From the IMG/VR virus record IMGVR_UViG_3300031669_000001, positions 281,070-345,069 of that record: 64,000 nucleotides of DNA. One strand, written 5' to 3'. The notes beneath the pieces are model-generated. The model saw only the letters and a program-made list of their open reading frames with translations. It was not told where the DNA came from and did no database searches. Below, piece after piece: positions 33,339-39,504 of this stretch (position 1 is its first letter; each line of letters opens with the position of its first letter). A program made the position numbers and the translations under genes.

Positions 33339-33464
33339 GGTGCAACGTGAGAGGACTCGAACCTCCATACTCTCCAAGTTCTTGGTTTCCCAAGGTAGTC
33401 GGATCGAACCGACGGTCTCCGGCACCGATTGGGCCGTGCCTACCCCATTGCAGGACCACGTTAC
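33339..33464 (-). ncRNA. tRNA-like RNA with two T-arms
   Basis: GTAACGTG/CACGTTGC-ACC outer stem; GTCGG-TTCGAT-CCGAC and GAGG-TTCGAGT-CCTC arms. Confidence 0.6.
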
Positions 33465-33583
33465 ATAGAATATACCATTAGAGCTGAAGCCAATCGGCAG
33501 ATACCTCTCTCTGTTTTCAGGTTCTTTCCACGGTCTATTCAAGAGCCAATCGAATTCGCGCTTATAGTAACCAATATATCTCC

Positions 33584-33673
33584 TGGCGGAAGATGGAGCA
33601 ATTGAAGCCCAACCTGTTTCCAGGTCGATCTGTTTTCGAGGCAGTCCCGGCACGCCTGTCCGGTTCATCTTCC
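33584..33673 (-). tRNA. tRNA-Ser(CGA), 8/4 fold
   Basis: GGAAGATG/CATCTTCC 8-bp acceptor, GGGC/GCTC 4-bp T-stem, loop CTCGAAA, long variable arm, GCCA. Confidence 0.8.
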
Positions 33674-34107
33674 GTGGCCAGAGGTGGTCATCCTCTGGAT
33701 GTTGCGATCTATGGGTTAGGTCTGACGAAACCTCTAAGACTCTTCTCGCGGCCCTAGTTACGTCCTGCCCCTAGCTTTGACGTTATCTTGGCATTTCCCC
33801 GGCGGGAACGGAACAACTACTGGATCTAATCCTTCACGAGTTATGCGAGTAGTACGCAATACCGTATATCGTTGCCGTGATCCACGACGGAGGTACAGTC
33901 ATCGGCTCCTCAGGTATGTCTTTGATGATGTTGCCAAGCTCGCTCTTGTACCGCCGTTCGGCCTTGAAAACGAAACCTATAGCTCAATCAAACAACACTA
34001 AGCATCCTGAACTACTACAACACTAGATTAAAGAGTGAATCTGCAGATTCGCTGCCCGACACAGTAACATCAGGGGCTGTACCGAGCAATCTTCAAACAT
34101 CATGTTA

Positions 34108-34143
34108 TGGTTGACTGCGAGGGATTCAACCTCTACGCAATCA
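34108..34143 (-). ncRNA. tRNA minihelix (acceptor stem and T-arm only)
   Basis: TGATTGC-GTA-GAGG-TTGAATC-CCTC-GCAGTCA-ACCA. Confidence 0.55.
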
Positions 34144-34146
34144 ATT

Positions 34147-34202
34147 GAGCAGCAAAATTAATGACCTTTGCTTTTATCACTGGGACGGTCAGGCAGGGAC
34201 TC
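34147..34202 (-). repeat. 56-nt element, copy A (candidate small RNA)
   Basis: 51 of 56 bases identical to 36745-36800. Confidence 0.8.
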
Positions 34203-34232
34203 AAATTCTTATTTAATCGAAGCAGCTTCGTC

Positions 34233-34508
34233 TTAGTAATGCTCGCGAGTTACGCTGTACTGCTTTTTTGCTTCTGGGTTAGGAACGCGTTCACCTTCAG
34301 GATTTTCTTCGGTTACATTGATAACCATCGTGAAGTATTCTTCTTCTTTTTGTTTCTTCAACGCATTTGCTTCTCCAACCGTCAAGCATTGTTTCGGACC
34401 GAAAACATATTTGCTACACTTTTTATCCATATCAATGGTTGGATTGCCGTTACGATCTTGTGGACCGTCAGGATGCAATTGCATTACTGATACATGGTAA
34501 GTTGCCAT
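34233..34508 (-). CDS. Hypothetical protein
   Basis: 91-aa ORF downstream of the early promoter at 34542-34570. Confidence 0.65.
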   Translation of the reverse strand: MATYHVSVMQLHPDGPQDRNGNPTIDMDKKCSKYVFGPKQCLTVGEANALKKQKEEEYFTMVINVTEENPEGERVPNPEAKKQYSVTREHY

Positions 34509-34576
34509 TGTTGTGTACTTTCATGTGTAGTTGAGATGATCATTATAACACAAAGAACAAAAAAGTACACATCATT

Positions 34577-34654
34577 TGGTGCGAGTGGAGGGATTCGAAC
34601 CCACACTGTACGACTTCTAAAGCCGTTGCCTCCTACCAATTGCGCTACACTCGC
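34577..34654 (-). tRNA. tRNA-Leu(TAG), short variable arm
   Basis: ACGGC-TTTAGAA-GTCGT; ACCA. Confidence 0.88.
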
Positions 34655-34744
34655 GGCAGAGAATACCAGAATCGAACTGGAAGCCCTCGCGGGCTCACAT
34701 CGCTTTCCAAGCGAGCCTTGTCGACCAGACAAGGATTATTCTCT
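34655..34744 (-). tRNA. tRNA-Ser(GGA), 8/4 fold
   Basis: AGAGAATA/TATTCTCT acceptor, CCAG/CTGG T-stem, 7-bp D-stem, loop TTGGAAA; ends G-CC abutting the next tRNA. Confidence 0.8.
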
Positions 34745-34766
34745 ATTTGTTGTTCCTTAGTAAGCA

Positions 34767-34852
34767 TGGTGGGTGTGAGAGGATTCGAACCTTTCAATGC
34801 TTGCGCGCCGGCATATTGGCCGGTGGGAATCACCATTTCCCCTAGACTACCC
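34767..34852 (-). ncRNA. tRNA-like RNA with 6-nt anticodon loop (anticodon undetermined)
   Basis: CCGGC-CAATAT-GCCGG; bulged acceptor; intact TTCGAAT loop and ACCA. Confidence 0.6.
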
Positions 34853-34853
34853 A

Positions 34854-34937
34854 TGGTGCCGCCGAAGGGATTCGAACCCTCAATGGCCGAAGCTCTCAAC
34901 CTCGTAACTGTGCCAGATTTGTATTAGCCACAGCGGC
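34854..34937 (-). tRNA. tRNA-Leu(GAG), short variable arm, enlarged D-loop
   Basis: CGAGG-TTGAGAG-CTTCG; ACCA. Confidence 0.8.
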
Positions 34938-34938
34938 A

Positions 34939-35562
34939 TTATTTGTTGCTTCTAATACTTTCCACCGTTCCCGGTGACATGTCTCTCATCTGAACTGCTA
35001 ACGCTTTCAACCTCTTGAAAGATGTTGGTAAGCAGTTGTCAGGAACATCTCCAGCCTGTTCAACGATCAGAGCAGCCATCTCACCAAATAGTAACACAGG
35101 CAGGTGAGTCTTACGCATCATGTCATCATGCTTCGCTCCGTCGATCAAAACTCCATTCGCGTGAGTTACGATCTCGTTGCTTATCATTCTGAACAGTTCA
35201 ATAACCTTCGAGCTGTCCCTCGTTGAATGTGTTACGATGCAGGTCCTACCTTCTTTTGGACTGTTAGGCCCAAACATAGGGTGAATTCCTGTAACGTGAT
35301 CACTGTGCGTTAAACAGATCTCGTTAGATCTCCGCTGAACTGAACAAACGTTGATTAGGTGCTTTCCAACGTGCCTTACTGCAACTTCATCAAATGCAGA
35401 GATCGGAACTGCTAGGATGATAAAATCGGCGTCATCTTCATCTACGATCTTGGCGTGTGATTCCAATTCCCTCTTCAAGAATGAACCAAACACTCCCATA
35501 CCAACTATGGCGATCTTCATCTCTGTTGGTGGTGCAGCCGAAAATGGACCTGTATCGTTCAT
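34939..35562 (-). CDS. tyrA: Prephenate dehydrogenase-like protein
   Basis: KIAIVGMGVFG, IILAVP, NVCSVQ, GIHPMFGP, HDDMM; SD GAGGTG before 35562. Confidence 0.82.
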   Translation of the reverse strand: MNDTGPFSAAPPTEMKIAIVGMGVFGSFLKRELESHAKIVDEDDADFIILAVPISAFDEVAVRHVGKHLINVCSVQRRSNEICLTHSDHVTGIHPMFGPNSPKEGRTCIVTHSTRDSSKVIELFRMISNEIVTHANGVLIDGAKHDDMMRKTHLPVLLFGEMAALIVEQAGDVPDNCLPTSFKRLKALAVQMRDMSPGTVESIRSNK

Positions 35563-35585
35563 GATGCACCTCTGGTTATAAAAAT

Positions 35586-35660
35586 TGGCGGGCCTGCAGG
35601 GAATCGAACCCCGCTGTTCGGTTTTGGAGACCGACATAATAGCCGATATATGACAAGCCC
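35586..35660 (-). tRNA. tRNA-Trp(CCA)
   Basis: TCGGT-CTCCAAA-ACCGA; GCCA. Confidence 0.85.
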
Positions 35661-35774
35661 GGTCCGAGGAGCGGGGTTCGAACCCGCATGCCATAGGCGG
35701 GAGATTTTGAGAAACATTCACGTTAGTAAATGTTTGAAAAAGTCTCCTGAGTATACCAGTTTCTCCACCCTCGG
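35661..35774 (-). tRNA. tRNA-Leu(CAA) with ~31-nt insertion/intron in the anticodon loop
   Basis: GGAGA-CT[TTTTCAAACATTTACTAACGTGAATGTTTCT]CAAAA-TCTCC; otherwise a canonical class II body. Confidence 0.75.
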
Positions 35775-35800
35775 ATCAACGTTTCTTTTGGTGCGATATT

Positions 35801-36523
35801 TCAAATTCCAATAGCAAATTTCAAATCTTCACAATCTATCAATCTAATCTTTCCAGAAATAAATTTGGAATAATTTCCAATATTCTTTTCATCTCTAATC
35901 AAATAAATTTTGATATCTGGATGATCTTTAAAAACTTTTTGATATTTTACAATATCTCTTTGTGATAACCAACCTTTGACTTCAATAAAAACATTTTCAA
36001 AAATAGAGAAATCTGGCGTATAAATTTTATGATCCCCATATTTGATTCTTGGCCGAGATATCGAATAACCTAATTCTAAAAGTTTTAATCCTACATTGTA
36101 CTCCCATGTTCCTTGAACTTTAATTCCACCAACTTCAAACCATTTAATATGCGGAGAAGTTTCTAGATATTTAATTCTAGCTTCTGAGATTTTTCTTTTT
36201 GCATCTTCAGAAAGATTAAATCTTCTTCCTAGATTACCTTTACTTATTTTTCTTCTTGTCTCTTCGTGATTTGAAACAATTTCTTCTAATTTCTTTCCCT
36301 TAAATTTGCTAAGTTTGCCTTTGAATCCTGATGGTTCTGGGATTTTGCCATCTCTATGAATTAAACACCATCTATAATGAGAATTTAACGATTGAGAATT
36401 TAAGAATTCCCGTCCACAATCACATTTTAATTCAAACAATAAATTATGAACAATCCTACGATGTTTATTCAAATTTCCATTTGATGAAAATTTTTTATTG
36501 CAATCTTTACATTTTAGATCCAT
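35801..36523 (-). CDS. Zn-finger plus PD-(D/E)xK putative homing endonuclease
   Basis: C2H2 fingers, NUMOD3-like segment, YTPDF..IEVKGW; AT-rich; TATAAATA at 36529-36536. Confidence 0.8.
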   Translation of the reverse strand: MDLKCKDCNKKFSSNGNLNKHRRIVHNLLFELKCDCGREFLNSQSLNSHYRWCLIHRDGKIPEPSGFKGKLSKFKGKKLEEIVSNHEETRRKISKGNLGRRFNLSEDAKRKISEARIKYLETSPHIKWFEVGGIKVQGTWEYNVGLKLLELGYSISRPRIKYGDHKIYTPDFSIFENVFIEVKGWLSQRDIVKYQKVFKDHPDIKIYLIRDEKNIGNYSKFISGKIRLIDCEDLKFAIGI

Positions 36524-36561
36524 AAATCTATTTATAGAAGACCATAGAGTATACCGAATTC

Positions 36562-36648
36562 TGGTGCGCGATGTCGGACTCGAACCGACACGCCCGTGAG
36601 GACCCCGACGTCTAAAGACGGGAAGACTACCAATTCCATCAATCGCGC
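36562..36648 (-). tRNA. tRNA-Leu(TAG), long variable arm
   Basis: Loop TTTAGAC; ACCA. Confidence 0.85.
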
Positions 36649-36655
36649 TTACTTC

Positions 36656-36739
36656 TGGTACCCTCGACCGGATTCGAACCGGTAAAAACTCTAGATTTTA
36701 AATCTAGCGGCTGTGCCAATTTACCTAAGTCACGAGGGC
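36656..36739 (-). tRNA. tRNA-Leu(TAA), short variable arm, enlarged D-loop
   Basis: CTAGA-TTTAAAA-TCTAG; ACCA. Confidence 0.82.
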
Positions 36740-36744
36740 ACATA

Positions 36745-36800
36745 GAGCAGCAATATTTACGACCTTTGCTTTTATCACTGGGACGGTCAAGCAGAGACTC
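36745..36800 (-). repeat. 56-nt element, copy B (candidate small RNA)
   Basis: Fills the gap between tRNA-Trp and tRNA-Leu; matches 34147-34202. Confidence 0.8.
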
Positions 36801-36804
36801 TATT

Positions 36805-36878
36805 TGGCAGGCTGTGAAGGAATCGAACCCTCGTCCGGAGTTTTGGAGGCTCCGTCATTACCACTATGTTAACAACCC
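36805..36878 (-). tRNA. tRNA-Trp(CCA)
   Basis: Loop CTCCAAA; GCCA. Confidence 0.85.
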
Positions 36879-36969
36879 GGCGGAAGATGGCGGATTCGAA
36901 CCCCCTAACCCTTTAACAGGATCAAACAGTTTTCAAGACTGTGCTGCTCTCCGAGACAGTAGATCTTCC
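36879..36969 (-). tRNA. tRNA-Ser(TGA)
   Basis: ACAGT-CTTGAAA-ACTGT, long variable arm; ends G-CC. Confidence 0.85.
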
Positions 36970-37056
36970 GGCGGAAGGTCAGGGAATCGAACCCTCAACC
37001 CTTCCGGGTTGGCGACGGCTTTCAAAACCGTTTGTGTACCATACACGCTACAATCC
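36970..37056 (-). tRNA. tRNA-Ser(TGA) with two acceptor-stem mismatches
   Basis: ACGGT-TTTGAAA-GCCGT; acceptor GGATTGT/ACCTTCC. Confidence 0.7.
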
Positions 37057-37155
37057 GGTGGGCATCCGTGGAGTTACACCACGATTAAGTCTCGTTTTGA
37101 GGCGAGAGGTCGCTGATCTGGCGACTGAGGCAGTTATTACCATCGCTAGATGCCC
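37057..37155 (-). ncRNA. tRNA-like RNA with an extra hairpin
   Basis: GGGCATC/GATGCCC-ACC; GTCGC-CAGATCA-GCGAC and TCTCG-CCTCAAAA-CGAGA arms; CGTGG-TGTAACT-CCACG. Confidence 0.6.
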
Positions 37156-37159
37156 ATAT

Positions 37160-37249
37160 TGGTGGATCACGGACGGAATCGAACCTCATGCCCAGAGGGA
37201 GAAGCTTTACAGGCTTCCGACAGCACCAGCAGTCCTTATTACGCGATCC
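37160..37249 (-). tRNA. tRNA-Tyr(GTA), atypical D-arm
   Basis: GAAGC-CTGTAAA-GCTTC; TAATAAG linker then GACTGC-TGGT-GCTGTC. Confidence 0.78.
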
Positions 37250-37254
37250 ATGTT

Positions 37255-37860
37255 CTAAATCAATTTCAATTCTTTTAGCTTCTTTTTATCCCAGAACTCA
37301 AATTTCACATCAGGATATTTCATTTGCCATTCTTCAAACTTTTCTTTATTAGCTGGTCTCCAATAACCTTTCACTTCAATAATTGTTCCATCTTCTAGAA
37401 CAAAATCTGGTCTGTAAGATCGTTTTCCGTCTAACTTGAAAACAACTTCTCCGTACTTCCAACTAATATCTTGTTCATCAAGATATTTTGCAACTTTTAC
37501 TTCCCAGCTAGAATCCATTCTAATGTTCTTGTAAAGAGATTGTCTATCTCCTCGATGATTTCCGTTCTTATTTCCAATCATCTTTTTTGCAATCTTTTCA
37601 CACGTTGTAAGCGAATGGCTTTTATTCTTGAAAGCTGCGTCATGATCTAGTAGATGACGTTTTACTCCTTCTGAAATATTGCCTATTCTTGGGTCTGTAA
37701 ATTTATTCAATCCTTTAGACCATCCACGATTTAAGAAAATTTTATCGCGAAATTCTTTACTCTTTGGATTTTCTAAGCACCATCTTGTATGATTTGCTTT
37801 CTTCGACTTATCCGCCGAGCTAAATTCAAATTCATTGCTGCAAAATTTACATTTCCACAT
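37255..37860 (-). CDS. Zn-finger plus PD-(D/E)xK putative homing endonuclease
   Basis: CKFC..NHTRWC; DSSWE, YRPDF, IIEVKGY; CATAAATA upstream. Confidence 0.8.
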   Translation of the reverse strand: MWKCKFCSNEFEFSSADKSKKANHTRWCLENPKSKEFRDKIFLNRGWSKGLNKFTDPRIGNISEGVKRHLLDHDAAFKNKSHSLTTCEKIAKKMIGNKNGNHRGDRQSLYKNIRMDSSWEVKVAKYLDEQDISWKYGEVVFKLDGKRSYRPDFVLEDGTIIEVKGYWRPANKEKFEEWQMKYPDVKFEFWDKKKLKELKLI

Positions 37861-37907
37861 ATCTTTTCTCCTGAAACTATTTATGGAAACGGGTTAAACT
37901 AACTAAT

Positions 37908-37996
37908 TGGTCCCCTCAGCCGGATTCGAACCGGCAATACACTTACGTGGCTCTGCAGTCTGAGTGCAGCGACTTTACCAATTTGCCCATGAGGGG
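37908..37996 (-). tRNA. tRNA-Leu(CAG)
   Basis: CTGCA-CTCAGAC-TGCAG; ACCA. Confidence 0.9.
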
Positions 37997-38006
37997 AAAG
38001 TCTATT

Positions 38007-38091
38007 TGGTGCGTCTGCCTGGAATCGAACCAAGATGATCAGAGATAACCGGGTTACAGCCGGTGCCGCCTCCATAACGGTCTACAAACGC
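38007..38091 (-). tRNA. tRNA-Tyr(GTA)
   Basis: ACCGG-CTGTAAC-CCGGT; ACCA. Confidence 0.85.
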
Positions 38092-38092
38092 T

Positions 38093-38181
38093 TGGTGAGT
38101 TGGTAGTGAATCGAACACTATGCCCTAGGGAAGAGTTTTACAGACTCCTGACAGCACCAGCTATCCTTATTGAACCAACTC
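38093..38181 (-). tRNA. tRNA-Tyr(GTA), atypical D-arm
   Basis: GGAGT-CTGTAAA-ACTCT; TTCAATAAG linker then GATAGC-TGGT-GCTGTC. Confidence 0.78.
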
Positions 38182-38184
38182 CAT

Positions 38185-38262
38185 TGGTACCCACGATCGG
38201 ATTCGAACCGACACTGTGTAGTTTTTGAAACTACTGCCTCCTACCAATTGCGCTACGTGGGC
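38185..38262 (-). tRNA. tRNA-Leu(CAA), short variable arm
   Basis: GTAGT-TTCAAAA-ACTAC; ACCA. Confidence 0.88.
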
Positions 38263-38266
38263 ATTC

Positions 38267-38355
38267 TGGTGGAAGGCTGAGTAATCGAAACCCAATCCCT
38301 TTCGGGATCGATCTGTTTAGCAAACAGTCACCGAGACCTCTCGGTTTAACCTTCC
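38267..38355 (-). tRNA. tRNA-Ser(GCT)
   Basis: Loop TTGCTAA, long variable arm GATCCC-GAAA-GGGATT; ACCA. Confidence 0.85.
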
Positions 38356-38386
38356 ATACAACCAAATTTTTAAAGATCTTACTTCT

Positions 38387-38418
38387 AAAACAACAAAGGC
38401 TACCAACTTGGTAGCCTT
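38387..38418 (-). terminator. Attenuator terminator (3:4) ahead of the tRNA array
   Basis: AAGGCTACC-AAGTT-GGTAGCCTT followed by TGTTGTTTT. Confidence 0.8.
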
Positions 38419-38443
38419 AGCTTAATTCGAGAGAAACTTTACT

Positions 38444-38536
38444 TCAAATTCCAGGCTTCTCGCAATCGCTAAGGCTCTTCGTCCACAGATAGGACGATGA
38501 GAGCAAACTTAGATATAAAGAGGAAGTCGTTTTCAT
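38444..38536 (-). CDS. Putative attenuator leader peptide MKTTSSLYLSLLSSSYLWTKSLSDCEKPGI
   Basis: 30 codons; codons 5-18 are exclusively Ser/Leu/Tyr/Trp; overlaps alternative hairpins. Confidence 0.78.
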   Translation of the reverse strand: MKTTSSLYLSLLSSSYLWTKSLSDCEKPGI

Positions 38537-38544
38537 GATAAGTT

Positions 38545-38617
38545 TATTTATATGGGTGCAAAAGTTTTTAAAATTTGACAGTAAAAGCATTATAACATGG
38601 TCTGGAAGAATGTACAC
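38545..38617 (-). promoter_or_regulatory. Tandem early (sigma70-like) and late (TATAAATA) promoters of the tRNA operon
   Basis: GTGTAC...TGTTATAAT at 38617-38589; TATAAATA at 38552-38545. Confidence 0.7.
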
Positions 38618-38790
38618 TTATTTTTGAATCTTTTTTGGCATCTCTCCAGAAGGAACCGGCTTGGTCGGAAACAGCATCGTGCTCATTCGAACATTATCAC
38701 CGATAGTTTGAAAGATCATGCCGCCATTACCATAGATGCGAACTGTTCCATCTTGATGGACCTGAACTTCAACATGAAGAAAGTGTTCCA

Positions 38791-39075
38791 TCATTTCCAG
38801 AGCTTACACTTTGGAAGTTCAGCGAATTCGAATGAATAAACTCTAGCATCGAATATGTGTGTTTCAGTTGTGAGCTTTCCTTCTTGAAAGTGAGCACAAG
38901 CTTTAATGCAATTACCTTTTTGAAAAGGACAACTGGCGCTAAGCATCTTCGTTTCAGCTGTGCTGATCGCAGCGAGTCTCTTTTTCGTCATCTCGGCTTT
39001 ACGAGCTTCTTCGAGCTTTTTCTCGGTAAGCTTTTTAAGCTTTCGCTTTTCAAAAAAGTTTTTGATCAATTTCAT
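38791..39075 (-). CDS. Hypothetical protein
   Basis: 94-aa ORF just after the early promoter at 39082-39110. Confidence 0.6.
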   Translation of the reverse strand: MKLIKNFFEKRKLKKLTEKKLEEARKAEMTKKRLAAISTAETKMLSASCPFQKGNCIKACAHFQEGKLTTETHIFDARVYSFEFAELPKCKLWK

Positions 39076-39129
39076 TCGGCCATTATAACACCACTCTGCA
39101 AAAAGTACACTAATTTGTGTAAATAGAAG

Positions 39130-39504
39130 ATGATATTTTCAGAACTTCTTTTCGAATACTCTTCTGCAAACCCATTCGTTGGGATCGTCTCGATGATAGA
39201 TCTCCGAATTCGCCAAGTAGGAGCAGCGGCTCATGCAAGCAACCATACGTCAGTGTTCATCTCTTCACTTAAAAACCAGCTCAACACTCTCCTCAAATTC
39301 CTGGATTCAGGATCTAATTGGAACGTTCCAGAGCCTAAGCTGAGATCAGACTTACACGCTGCTCTGCCTGAAGTCAAGCGCCACGTCAACGCAGCAATTT
39401 CAGCGTTGACGGCCGGCGATGTAAATAAAGCTAGAGGCCAACTCCTTGCAGCTCGTAAAGTTGCAGTGAAAAGATCTCACCTACAATTTGGGGACATTGA
39501 ATGA
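39130..39504 (+). CDS. Hypothetical late protein
   Basis: TGTAAATA upstream; MIFSELLFE leader. Confidence 0.65.
   Translation: MIFSELLFEYSSANPFVGIVSMIDLRIRQVGAAAHASNHTSVFISSLKNQLNTLLKFLDSGSNWNVPEPKLRSDLHAALPEVKRHVNAAISALTAGDVNKARGQLLAARKVAVKRSHLQFGDIE

Noticed and set aside
33584-33673. selC (tRNA-Sec), from the GGAAGAT...ATCTTCCGCCA ends
   Set aside because: The anticodon is CGA rather than TCA, and the fold is 8/4 rather than 8/5.
33675-34107. RNase P RNA or group I intron
   Set aside because: I could not find the conserved GAGGAAAGUCC/P4 or group I P7 core sequences by eye.
28766-37131. Shared 13-mer GCCTCAGTCGCCA in a terminator and in the tRNA-like RNA at 37057
   Set aside because: 13-mer matches are expected by chance in 64 kb; no further support.
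33247-37258. ORF-track entries over the tRNA region (33315-33668, 34484-34732, 34645-34899, 36766-37258, and the N-terminal extension of 34939-35721)
   Set aside because: They overlap tRNA or tRNA-like genes and are best explained as chance frames.
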